Shown here in pieces: positions 7,848-15,710 of a stretch of 48,095 bases of DNA (positions within the stretch are counted from its first letter, which is position 1; every line of letters begins with the position of its first letter). The stretch lies in the IMG/VR virus record IMGVR_UViG_3300005764_000025, positions 1-48,095 of that record; one strand, written 5' to 3'. Source of the stretch: a virus (Duplodnaviria > Caudoviricetes). The position numbers and the translations under genes were made by a program. The notes beneath the pieces were generated by a model. The model was given only the letters and a program-made list of their open reading frames with translations, searched no databases and had not been told where the DNA came from.

Positions 7848-8028
7848 TTGACGCTCCAAAAGGCAATCGAGTATGCGCAGTTTTGCGCGAACACTTCGAA
7901 GCGGCTCACTCCGCACGAAGCTTATGAGATCCGTATCGCGCCATGAAGTTTACGGGTACGGTGGCGCCATGCATCGTAGTTACGCTTTGCGCACCTTGCG
8001 TGATGCGATAGAGCGGAGTGCGCAATGA
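7848..8028 (+). pseudogene. Small gene apparently split by a frameshift
   Basis: TTG 7848 after GGAGG gives 32 aa (stop 7944-7946); the +1 frame (ATG 7924 to TGA 8028) continues and ends overlapping the next ATG. Confidence 0.4.
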
Positions 8029-8243
8029 AGGCGCCGTCTATCGTCCGTCAGATTGTAGGCCGCTGTCATGTTGGACAATCAGACCGTGCCGTGACCCGGT
8101 ACTTCGTGTCCCGTTTGAAGCGAGGATACGCCACGTGGCACGCCATACCGCGCCACGAACGGCGCCAATGGCTCCAATGGGTGATAGCGGCTCATGCGGA
8201 CAATCGGCGCCTGTATCGCGCCGTCATGAGCGGGCGCCTGTAG
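8025..8243 (+). CDS. Basic hypothetical protein (72 aa)
   Basis: GGAG SD and ATGA overlap; Arg-rich. Confidence 0.65.
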   Translation: MKAPSIVRQIVGRCHVGQSDRAVTRYFVSRLKRGYATWHAIPRHERRQWLQWVIAAHADNRRLYRAVMSGRL

Positions 8244-8413
8244 GCTCGAATCGGACACTGGCGTGAGAATGCGTCAAGAGAAATTTTCGCCGTGTTTTCA
8301 ATGGGTTGACTTAGAGCGCACGATAGGGCGGTTCGATCCCCCGGAAACGGGCTTAAGCCCAATGCGCTGTAAGGGTTAGGCTCAAACCAGCCGCCGGCCG
8401 ACACTTTGACGAG

Positions 8414-8550
8414 GTGCGTTACGGGTAGCGCCCGAAAACCTGGCGTGTGTCTGGACGTTGTAGGCCCGTGGGGGGCTTTTTGCGGGCCTGGAAAATCGGG
8501 CTGGCCGTTTCCTCGAAAAAGGAGGGCCGGAAAAGAAAGTCGAAAAAAAG
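8414..8550 (+). repeat. GTAGG-N7-GGGGCTTTTT repeat, copy A
   Basis: Core at 8460-8481, then AAAATCGG and phased A-tracts. Confidence 0.8.
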
Positions 8551-8553
8551 ATC

Positions 8554-8582
8554 TTGATTCGTGCCACGAATCATGAGACGAT
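8554..8582 (+). promoter_or_regulatory. Sigma70-type promoter with palindromic operator, copy 2
   Basis: TTGATT-17 nt-GACGAT; TGATTCGTG-C-CACGAATCA at 8555-8573; near-identical to copy 1. Confidence 0.7.
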
Positions 8583-8611
8583 CTAAGAGAAGTCGGGAGG
8601 AAACGAAACGA

Positions 8612-9262
8612 ATGAACAACAAACAGCATAAGGCTGGCGACAGAGTCTTCATCAACGGGTATCAGGGCAAACCGTTCACCGTTGACGGGAAGACTTTTTC
8701 AGGGACGCTGTTTGCAACGCGAACGGCTGAATACAAGACGCGAGTCATGCGTGGCACGGTGCTCTCGCATGACGGTGACAACGTCGAATTAAAGCTCGAT
8801 TCCGGCGAAGCGGCGGTCTTTACTGCGGACGTAGTCTATGCGGTCGCAAAGGACAATGCCGCCATGAAGGCGCGGATTAAAGAAGCGGTCGAAGCGGCTC
8901 AAGATGCGTTCTGGGCGAAAGTGGTTGAGTTGTTTCCGGAGTCCGTAAGCGGCGACTTCGACCCTATGTTCTCGCATCGTTGGGACACGGAGTGCGAGGG
9001 CGCCGTGAGCCATTGGGTTTACTGCAACGTGCCGGGAATGGCGGATGAAGACAAGCAATACACGTATCGGCTCAAGTTGGACGTGCCGCACACGGTCCTG
9101 AACACGGACGGCTATAACGTGTATGACTTCTTTACGTGCGACTTCAATGAACTCGATTCCGTCTATTCGCGTGAACAGTGGGAAGAGATCCTGAGCGGCG
9201 CCTATAAGGGCCGTGACGAATACGGCGTAGGTATCACGTGGACTCTGACGGAGGTCAAGTAA
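8612..9262 (+). CDS. Hypothetical early protein (216 aa)
   Basis: GGGAGG SD and AAACGAAACGA leader before ATG 8612. Confidence 0.75.
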   Translation: MNNKQHKAGDRVFINGYQGKPFTVDGKTFSGTLFATRTAEYKTRVMRGTVLSHDGDNVELKLDSGEAAVFTADVVYAVAKDNAAMKARIKEAVEAAQDAFWAKVVELFPESVSGDFDPMFSHRWDTECEGAVSHWVYCNVPGMADEDKQYTYRLKLDVPHTVLNTDGYNVYDFFTCDFNELDSVYSREQWEEILSGAYKGRDEYGVGITWTLTEVK

Positions 9263-9490
9263 ATGAGACTCACGGAGCGGCAAGCGAAGTACGTCCAATA
9301 CCTGTTAGATCGTTGCGCCAAAGACGATTACTATCCGGCAAAGCTTGACGGGCGTACCCTGACGTTCACGGACCATGAGGGGTATGCGGACTTCCTCCAA
9401 TTGGTTCGCGATGAAGCGTCGTATGACGCATCGTGCGGCATGCGCACGGCTGGATTCATGCTGGCGGCGAAGCTGGAACGGGAATATTAG
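9263..9490 (+). CDS. Hypothetical protein (75 aa)
   Basis: GGAGG SD; abuts the previous stop. Confidence 0.7.
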   Translation: MRLTERQAKYVQYLLDRCAKDDYYPAKLDGRTLTFTDHEGYADFLQLVRDEASYDASCGMRTAGFMLAAKLEREY

Positions 9491-9503
9491 GCGCGTTTGC
9501 CAC

Positions 9504-9547
9504 GGGCGTAGGGTTTGCCGGGGCTTTTTGGCGGATCGAAAAATCGG
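9504..9547 (+). repeat. GTAGG-N7-GGGGCTTTTT repeat, copy B
   Basis: GGGCGTAGGGTTTGCCGGGGCTTTTTGG...AAAAATCGG. Confidence 0.85.
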
Positions 9548-9562
9548 AACGAGGACGAACGG

Positions 9563-9973
9563 ATGGAACAGACAACGACATATCGGTGGGAGAAGGTTTG
9601 CCTGGACAACCTCACTGGCGACGGGTACACCGTGCCGCCCACGGACGCATGGGTGATCACGGAGTACGCATGGAATGGCTGGCGCATCCCATACTTCACA
9701 CGGGAGGGGGCCGAAGCGGTAATGAAGGCGTGGAACGAGAGCGCGGCGAAGGATTACGAAACGGACGGCGACAAGGCGTGCGAACCGCCGGATATGTACT
9801 TTGATCCGCAACGCGACGGGTATCTGGTGAGCTTTCCCGAAGCTCAGGAAACGGAAGTGTACGAAGGCGAGGATATCGAAGTGGAGCCGGGAAAGACGGT
9901 CCACGTGTACGGTATCGGAGCGATGGCGTGGGTTTGGGACGAACCCATGCCGGAACAGAACGAAGGTCAATAG
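9563..9973 (+). CDS. Acidic conserved phage/plasmid protein (136 aa)
   Basis: WNGWRIPYFT and YGIGAMAWVW motifs; GAGG SD. Confidence 0.75.
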   Translation: MEQTTTYRWEKVCLDNLTGDGYTVPPTDAWVITEYAWNGWRIPYFTREGAEAVMKAWNESAAKDYETDGDKACEPPDMYFDPQRDGYLVSFPEAQETEVYEGEDIEVEPGKTVHVYGIGAMAWVWDEPMPEQNEGQ

Positions 9974-9986
9974 AGGACGAACGAAC

Positions 9987-10250
9987 ATGGAAAAAATGTA
10001 TAAGGTTACTTTGCCGAAGATAGCGGCGAATTGTTGCGAATGCGGGCGCAAGCTGGATTCGAGGATGGTCGATAATCCCTTTGGCTCGTGGTCGATTCCG
10101 ACTATCGACGGCGATAAGACGTATTGCTCATACTGTCACATGAAAATCTCCAAAAATTGGGATGCTCAGACGCAGTTGGCTCGTGGCTGTGAATCTCTCA
10201 AAAAACTTTGCCACTGGCTGGCGCAACCGAAAGCGAAGGTGACGGAGTAA
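9987..10250 (+). CDS. Small zinc-finger protein (87 aa)
   Basis: CCECG...YCSYC; GAGGACGAACGAAC leader. Confidence 0.7.
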   Translation: MEKMYKVTLPKIAANCCECGRKLDSRMVDNPFGSWSIPTIDGDKTYCSYCHMKISKNWDAQTQLARGCESLKKLCHWLAQPKAKVTE

Positions 10251-10924
10251 TGGAACAGGTGATGTTTAGAGATTGGGACACGATTGAGTTTCCGCAATTT
10301 CTGCGGGACCTCGGTTTCGAGGATTGGAGCTATCACAACGATTCATGCGGACGTGCGCAAAAGCCGCTTAAAGGATTCACGGAAGACGCCGAAGCGCCTT
10401 GCATCGTGGTCTGGTGTGAGCATGAGCAGTTGGAAGAGCGCGAATATCGCGATTCTGATTTTCCGGAGAATGCCCGCTATCACGCATACCTTCATGCGGT
10501 GTCTGGTCCCGGCACGGACCCTCACCCAATCCGGCTCTATGCGGGCGACGATCCCGTGGCGTGCGAAGCCGCTATCCGCGCCTTGAACGGGCGCGTGCTG
10601 GCGTCCGTCGATGAAGGCGCGGCGCTAGGCTCCATCGTGGAATCCGGCGAGGGTTTCATGTGGGTTCTCTTTGATAAAGAGGACTGGCGGTCTTATGAGC
10701 GTCCGGACGGCGCCATCCGGTATACGTTCACGGGCGAGTATTGGGGTAACGATATCGCCAACGATGCGGGCCGAAATTCTGGAGGTCCGCTAGGGCACGA
10801 AGGTGCCGTGCGTTACGAGTCAGGCCGCGGAACAGAGCGTGTTTTGGAGGGGCGTAGGGCCGGCGGGGGCTTTTTGCCGGCCGCAAAAACCTGGCCGTCC
10901 CAAAAAAACGGAAAAACGAAATGA
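10250..10924 (+). CDS. Acidic hypothetical protein
   Basis: GGAG SD and TAATG coupling; FEDWSYHND motif; the 3' end reads through repeat copy C. Confidence 0.7.
   Translation: MEQVMFRDWDTIEFPQFLRDLGFEDWSYHNDSCGRAQKPLKGFTEDAEAPCIVVWCEHEQLEEREYRDSDFPENARYHAYLHAVSGPGTDPHPIRLYAGDDPVACEAAIRALNGRVLASVDEGAALGSIVESGEGFMWVLFDKEDWRSYERPDGAIRYTFTGEYWGNDIANDAGRNSGGPLGHEGAVRYESGRGTERVLEGRRAGGGFLPAAKTWPSQKNGKTK
10808..10920 (+). repeat. GTAGG-N7-GGGGCTTTTT repeat, copy C
   Basis: Core at 10854-10875; shares GTGCGTTACG (46 nt upstream of the core) and downstream CTGGCCGT with copy A. Confidence 0.8.
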
Positions 10925-11094
10925 CACTTCAACAGATGTTTCGAGATTACCGAAGGCTATACCATCCAGGCGAAGCATACGTACACGCCCGTTCGCTTTG
11001 GATGAAGCGGGAACTGATCAACGAGACATGGTCTTCAATGACCACGTGGCTTTTGATTGAAAGGCCACGGGCGATTATCGCATTGCCCAACTGA
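10921..11094 (+). CDS. Small hypothetical protein (57 aa, not in ORF track)
   Basis: MTLQQMFRDY...IIALPN*; AAACGAAATG leader; fills the gap between neighbours. Confidence 0.5.
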   Translation: MTLQQMFRDYRRLYHPGEAYVHARSLWMKRELINETWSSMTTWLLIERPRAIIALPN

Positions 11095-11100
11095 ACGAAC

Positions 11101-11370
11101 ATGAATCGCGCCTCATTCAGCCGCTATCGGGATGCCCAAATCGCCCAATGGGAAAAGCAGAATGCTGGTAAGACGCATAAGCTCACGAAGCGTCAAACGG
11201 AGGTTCTCTTGAAGCTTCAGAGCCGGGGGCCAATGCCAGCGGGAGCGGACGGCTCCGTGCTCTTGGCTCTTCAGCAAAAGAATCTGGCGCGATGTGTCTC
11301 GCACAATCCGCCCTACGCATGGGCGATTACTCAAACGGGCGTTGATCATTTGAGGGAGTCATCAAAATAG
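11101..11370 (+). CDS. Small winged-helix-like protein (89 aa)
   Basis: LTKRQTEVLLKL...LLALQQKNL...WAITQTG pattern; GAACGAAC leader. Confidence 0.6.
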   Translation: MNRASFSRYRDAQIAQWEKQNAGKTHKLTKRQTEVLLKLQSRGPMPAGADGSVLLALQQKNLARCVSHNPPYAWAITQTGVDHLRESSK

Positions 11371-11373
11371 TTC

Positions 11374-11402
11374 TTGCTTTGTGTCACGAATCAAGATAGG
11401 AT
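11374..11402 (+). promoter_or_regulatory. Sigma70-type promoter with degenerate operator, copy 3
   Basis: TTGCTT-17 nt-TAGGAT; keeps the CACGAATCA half-site. Confidence 0.7.
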
Positions 11403-11456
11403 TGAGAAGTAGTCGATGACGCCGCGAAGACGGCGGATCGAAAGGAGCGAACGAAC

Positions 11457-11786
11457 ATGACGAAGATTGAGCAGTTTTTCTACGACAACGGCGCCACTAG
11501 TTGGAATCCACAAACCGAAACGCAAGAGCAAGGGCGTGAGCGTGGCGCGAAAGAACTCGCGGCGGCTGAACAGCACGCCTTGGAACAGAACTGGCACTTC
11601 GATTGGGATGCGGATGATCCTTGTGATCACGAAGACGGTGTCTGCTCCCGCGAACCGGAATACTGCCAACTGTGGGATGCGGAGCGAGAAAACTTACTGG
11701 CTTCGTTATCGATGATCTGCGATGCGGATGACAACTATCGGCGCGTGGTTCAGGCTGAACTCGCGTTGGAAGCGATGGGACGGTAG
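11457..11786 (+). CDS. Acidic hypothetical protein (109 aa)
   Basis: AGGAG SD and CGAACGAAC leader. Confidence 0.75.
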   Translation: MTKIEQFFYDNGATSWNPQTETQEQGRERGAKELAAAEQHALEQNWHFDWDADDPCDHEDGVCSREPEYCQLWDAERENLLASLSMICDADDNYRRVVQAELALEAMGR

Positions 11787-11813
11787 ATCCCAACAAACGG
11801 GAGACGAACGAAC

Positions 11814-11966
11814 ATGACGAAATTCACTGAGATCGTACAGGCAATTCAGCACGCCATGCACATCAGCAAACCGCTGATCTTCGAACTGGTGCTCTTCATC
11901 TGGGCCGTGATTGAAATGGGCAAGTTCATTCTGACCGTGGCCTTCGGCGGCGCGGAGGGGGCGTAA
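11814..11966 (+). CDS. Small hydrophobic membrane protein (50 aa, not in ORF track)
   Basis: GGGAG SD and CGAACGAAC leader; MTKFTEIVQAIQHAMHISKPLIFELVLFIWAVIEMGKFILTVAFGGAEGA; TAATG coupling. Confidence 0.65.
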   Translation: MTKFTEIVQAIQHAMHISKPLIFELVLFIWAVIEMGKFILTVAFGGAEGA

Positions 11967-12370
11967 TGGTCGATCAGGAGCTAGCCGCCGTGGTGGCGCG
12001 GGCGAAAGTGGAAATCATCCACGATACGGTGACGGGCGCCGTTCCCGCCACCATCTGTGATTTCTCAGGACTGCACGAGCATGTTGATGCGAACGGGTAC
12101 GGTGGCGCTTTCGAAGATGACGCGCACACCGTGTCAGACGTGGAGTTCTGGAATTCCGTCCAATGCGAAGTGGACACCTGGATCTGCGGTGGGGGATTGA
12201 AACCCGTGCAAGCGTTGCGGACGCTGGCGGTGGCGATTGAAGAGGGCACGCTGGAACCGCGCCACCTGAGCCGGGAAGGCGTCTATTTGAGCATCATCCG
12301 GTATTTGCAGGAACACGTCACGGACGAGGTCCGCAACCGTGCCAACGGATTCCTGGGGATGGTCGCATGA
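11966..12370 (+). CDS. Hypothetical protein (134 aa)
   Basis: FSGLHEHVDANGYGG motif recalled from phage proteins; coupled start. Confidence 0.75.
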   Translation: MVDQELAAVVARAKVEIIHDTVTGAVPATICDFSGLHEHVDANGYGGAFEDDAHTVSDVEFWNSVQCEVDTWICGGGLKPVQALRTLAVAIEEGTLEPRHLSREGVYLSIIRYLQEHVTDEVRNRANGFLGMVA

Positions 12371-12597
12371 AATCCCTTCAGATTGGTTCGCGAGTAAAGC
12401 ACGTCCGAATGCCAGAATACTGTGGCGTAGTCATCGCGGCGCACGGTGATGCGCTCGTATCCGGCAAAGAAGTGACGCTTTATGAAGTGCATTGGGCGCC
12501 CAATGGCGAAATTGGCGTTCCCTATGCGTGGAAGGACGAAATGAATTTCAAACGCGAAGGCTATTTGCCTTCAGACCTGAAGGTGATGGAACAATGA
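12367..12597 (+). CDS. Small SH3/KOW-like protein (76 aa)
   Basis: IGSRVKH...GVVI...YEVHW pattern; ATGA coupling. Confidence 0.65.
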   Translation: MKSLQIGSRVKHVRMPEYCGVVIAAHGDALVSGKEVTLYEVHWAPNGEIGVPYAWKDEMNFKREGYLPSDLKVMEQ

Positions 12598-13040
12598 CAG
12601 TCGCGATTTATACAGCCACGCCGGATGGAATGCTCCGCGTTGGCACATTTCGAAGCCGCTACACGGCCATCAGAGCTATCAGCGAAGAGTTCTGCGACCG
12701 TCACCCGAATGCGGACCCTACGATGCACTACATGGCATACCGCCGGAAGCTCATGGGCAAGTGGGTCGATGGGGAGCGTATCGCCTTCGATTGCGGGAGC
12801 TATCAGATCAATTGGGACAACGGCCACGCTTGCGGCGCCTTGCCGGGACACTATCACAGTGAACGCGCCGCAGAGCGGGCTGGCGCGGAGTGGAAGCGCG
12901 AAATGATGGCGATAGAAACTACCGCCGCTGGCCGTAGAGAAGCGAACGAAGCGTATCAGTGGGAAGTAGTGGAGATCGAACCCGTCGCGGAGGTCGATCC
13001 CGAAGCGGCGCCGGATAATCCAAGACCGGAGTGGGCGTGA
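12594..13040 (+). CDS. Hypothetical protein (148 aa)
   Basis: ATGA-coupled start at 12594. Confidence 0.65.
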   Translation: MTVAIYTATPDGMLRVGTFRSRYTAIRAISEEFCDRHPNADPTMHYMAYRRKLMGKWVDGERIAFDCGSYQINWDNGHACGALPGHYHSERAAERAGAEWKREMMAIETTAAGRREANEAYQWEVVEIEPVAEVDPEAAPDNPRPEWA

Positions 13041-13264
13041 TGAGGCCGTACATCGTGATCTGCAAGGCGCTATACCCAACGGACGGGCGCCCGTTTGAAT
13101 CGAACCGTTCGCAGTATTTCGAGACGGTGGAGGAAGCCACCGCATGGATGATGGCTCATTTGCGGCGTTATGAATCCGCTGAAATCATCGACGTTCGCGG
13201 GAATGACGGTAAGCGAGTTGCTTACGTCGAAGGCGCGGAATACAAGCTGAAGGGAGTCCGGTAA
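13040..13264 (+). CDS. Hypothetical protein (74 aa)
   Basis: TGATG coupling and GGAG SD. Confidence 0.65.
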   Translation: MRPYIVICKALYPTDGRPFESNRSQYFETVEEATAWMMAHLRRYESAEIIDVRGNDGKRVAYVEGAEYKLKGVR

Positions 13265-13515
13265 TGGCGGCAAAGAAGACACAAGCGGTGGCGTTGTATT
13301 GGGCGCATCTGGAGACTTCGTATTTCAGCTTCGATGCCTTCGGCGTGACGAAGAAAGAAGCTCTCGCAAACATGAAACGGGCCTGGAAGGTTCATAGCGA
13401 AAGGACTGGCGCCGAAAGTTGGGACGAATACCACGGCGACGATGAAACGAACGTGATGCGCGTAGCGGCTAGCGAATGCTGGTTGGATGGTAGCTACAAC
13501 TATCTGGGGGAATGA
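13264..13515 (+). CDS. Hypothetical protein (83 aa)
   Basis: TAATG coupling and GGGAG SD. Confidence 0.65.
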   Translation: MAAKKTQAVALYWAHLETSYFSFDAFGVTKKEALANMKRAWKVHSERTGAESWDEYHGDDETNVMRVAASECWLDGSYNYLGE

Positions 13516-13721
13516 GCATGTCGAATCTGACGAACGAAGAACTGGCGGTAGTCATCGAAGGGCTGAAGGTGGCCGCTCAGAATCGTGAGGATGTAGGCGT
13601 GCCGGAAGCGGCGGCGAAGCTGGAAGAACTCGCCGGGAAGCTTGAAGCGGTCCTCAAGTACAACGAGAACGGGCGGCATCGCCCCATGCTACGGGATGCC
13701 CGTAAGCTTCTGGGGCTGTAG
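13512..13721 (+). CDS. Helical hypothetical protein (69 aa)
   Basis: ATGA coupling. Confidence 0.65.
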   Translation: MSMSNLTNEELAVVIEGLKVAAQNREDVGVPEAAAKLEELAGKLEAVLKYNENGRHRPMLRDARKLLGL

Positions 13722-13777
13722 CCACCGGGGGCGCGTGCCGTCGCGCCGCGCCCGTCGATCCGCCCCGTGTTTTGGGA

Positions 13778-13822
13778 GGGCGTAGGGTTTGCCGGGGCTT
13801 TTTTGGAAGTTGGAAATTCGGG
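13778..13822 (+). repeat. GTAGG-N7-GGGGCTTTTT repeat, copy D
   Basis: GGGCGTAGGGTTTGCCGGGGCTTTTT identical to the copy B core. Confidence 0.85.
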
Positions 13823-13872
13823 ACGGGCCTTCCGCCGGGAGGGGAGGGCCAGGCCTGAAAAAAGGAAAAAAA

Positions 13873-14106
13873 ATGAGCACGAAGCAGACGGTATTCAGAA
13901 TCGAAGCAATCTGGGATAAGGATCATGGCACGGTCAATGAGGGCTGGTATGCCCGCGTTCACCTGAGTGACGGCCAGGAACGGGATCTCCCGTTCGCCGG
14001 CGGGCAGTCGATATCGAGCGTAAGTGTCACACAGAGGGCGCGGCGGGCCGCTCGTGAAGACGGGTGGTATGAGCCGCGTTATCCAGATGTGAGTATCAAA
14101 CGCTAA
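13873..14106 (+). CDS. Hypothetical protein (77 aa)
   Basis: AAGGA plus A-tract before ATG 13873. Confidence 0.65.
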   Translation: MSTKQTVFRIEAIWDKDHGTVNEGWYARVHLSDGQERDLPFAGGQSISSVSVTQRARRAAREDGWYEPRYPDVSIKR

Positions 14107-14130
14107 CCGGAGAGGGAGAGGAGGTTTCCA

Positions 14131-14304
14131 GTGCGTAAGAGAGCAGTAGTAGAAGCGCCAAAGCATGGCGGCTATCGCGCCAATTCCGGTCGCAAGCCTG
14201 GAGTCCGGATGCGATGCGGCGAATGCGGCGCCGCTCTGACGGCGCGGGAATGGCGGGATCACTTCACTGAGTGCCCGAATCGTCCGAAAGAAGATGCGGC
14301 ATGA
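14131..14304 (+). CDS. Zinc-finger microprotein with GGxR..GRKP DNA-binding motif (57 aa, not in ORF track)
   Basis: AGGAGGT SD and GTG start; HGGYRANSGRKP plus CGEC...H...C. Confidence 0.65.
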   Translation: MRKRAVVEAPKHGGYRANSGRKPGVRMRCGECGAALTAREWRDHFTECPNRPKEDAA

Positions 14305-14480
14305 AGAGCCTCTCCGAAACGACGCGATTGACGAATCTGTATCGCCGGGAAGCGGTCGAACTATGGGATCTTCGCAGTCCATTTCGGCAGAGCCTTTATA
14401 TTGAGGCTCGATTGGCGGGAAAAACGCCACGGGAGAGCATCGACCGTTCGCGAGGCAATCTGCGAAAGAAGGGCTTTTAG
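14301..14480 (+). CDS. Small basic protein (59 aa)
   Basis: ATGA coupling. Confidence 0.5.
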   Translation: MKSLSETTRLTNLYRREAVELWDLRSPFRQSLYIEARLAGKTPRESIDRSRGNLRKKGF

Positions 14481-14525
14481 GAAGTGAGGCGCAGTGGCAA
14501 GCGGCCCGACGGCGGAAATCCGGCG

Positions 14526-14578
14526 AGGGTTTGAGAGGGCGTAGGGTTTGAGAGGGCTTTTTCAGGAGTCGAAAAATG
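14526..14578 (+). repeat. GTAGG-N7-RGGGCTTTTT repeat, copy E
   Basis: Core at 14541-14562; internal duplication AGGGTTTGAGAGGGC x2. Confidence 0.8.
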
Positions 14579-14824
14579 GAACGAACGAAAGAACAAATGA
14601 ACGAAAGACCGGCTTATAAAACGGTTCTACAACGGGCGCGGAAGGCCGTTGAAGCTGAAGCAAAATGCCCGCACGGCTGGTCTTATAATCGACAGGCCGT
14701 CGAGCATGAAATTCTGAACAGCTTCGCTGGCCTGACGAACTCAGATGCGGATTACGAGTTTATTGTTGACGCCATTCGCGAAGCGGAACAGGAATACAAC
14801 GAGCGTCATGACTGCGAACTCTAG
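14576..14824 (+). CDS. Hypothetical protein
   Basis: AGGAG SD; alternative start at the second Met. Confidence 0.6.
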   Translation: MERTKEQMNERPAYKTVLQRARKAVEAEAKCPHGWSYNRQAVEHEILNSFAGLTNSDADYEFIVDAIREAEQEYNERHDCEL

Positions 14825-15029
14825 ACCTTGCCTCTCGCTTGAAGTGGCATTGGTTCTGATCTCAGAGACAGTCCGTTTCTGGAGTGATGAACAAACGGGC
14901 GTGAGTGGCGAGAAACTCCCGGCCCGTTGTCTGAATCCTGAGCGGTTGGCTGAACTTCGGCAATCGCTGATTGAGATCGACTCGTATTGCAAAACAGCCC
15001 TGAAGAAGGCCGAAGCGGAAAAGGTCTGA
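14808..15029 (+). CDS. Hypothetical protein (73 aa)
   Basis: ORF fills the gap; start uncertain. Confidence 0.45.
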   Translation: MTANSRPCLSLEVALVLISETVRFWSDEQTGVSGEKLPARCLNPERLAELRQSLIEIDSYCKTALKKAEAEKV

Positions 15030-15050
15030 AATAAAAGGAACGAACGAACA

Positions 15051-15413
15051 ATGCCACGCTACGAAGTGAAATTCTTTATCGACTGCAAGAAGGAACTCTC
15101 GCCGGCGGAAGAAACGAATCTGGCGCATGACGTTCACGCCCGCATGGATCAGCGGGGCTGGATACCGAAGCCGGTGGACCGGAAGATCTACGTGCGGCGC
15201 GAATACCAGGAGCATGAGAAGGTTGAACTAATCCATAGACACGCCAAGGTTGATTGGGATGCCGGCCGCGACTGGAACGTGCGCGGACAGGGTTGCAGTT
15301 GCGAGGTTTGCCGGGAATACCGGGATGGCGGCGCGACGGTTAGCGGAAGAGCGGATGGCATCGATGCGGTAATCCCGCTTCCCAGTCAGCGGAGGAAACG
15401 GAGCCTAGTCTGA
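15051..15413 (+). CDS. Hypothetical protein (120 aa)
   Basis: AAGGAACGAACGAAC leader; CSCEVC motif. Confidence 0.65.
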   Translation: MPRYEVKFFIDCKKELSPAEETNLAHDVHARMDQRGWIPKPVDRKIYVRREYQEHEKVELIHRHAKVDWDAGRDWNVRGQGCSCEVCREYRDGGATVSGRADGIDAVIPLPSQRRKRSLV

Positions 15414-15655
15414 TGCCACGCCACATCTACAAACCACTGCTACGTCCTGCGGCATTCGCGGGACTCCCGAAGGGTTGGGACTACATCGCGGCGCCACCGG
15501 ACCTGGCACACAAGCGCCCGGATATCCCGGTGTCGAGTCATATCCACGGTGTGATTGGATATCACCGTCAGCTTCGCCAGGATGAAGTGAAGAGCCATGA
15601 CCTGGAGTATCTGGGCGAGATCATCTGCCAGTGCCCGCAGTGCGGAGGGAAGTAA
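15413..15655 (+). CDS. Stand-alone DarA C-terminal-like (defence against restriction) domain protein
   Basis: Y..LLRPA....LPKG...HGVIGYHRQL..DEV..HDL pattern matches the remembered DarA_C domain. Confidence 0.6.
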   Translation: MPRHIYKPLLRPAAFAGLPKGWDYIAAPPDLAHKRPDIPVSSHIHGVIGYHRQLRQDEVKSHDLEYLGEIICQCPQCGGK

Positions 15656-15710
15656 ATCACCGTTCGTGCGTGCCCAAGCCCCGCGACCCTGAAAGCGCCT
15701 CTCTTTTCGA

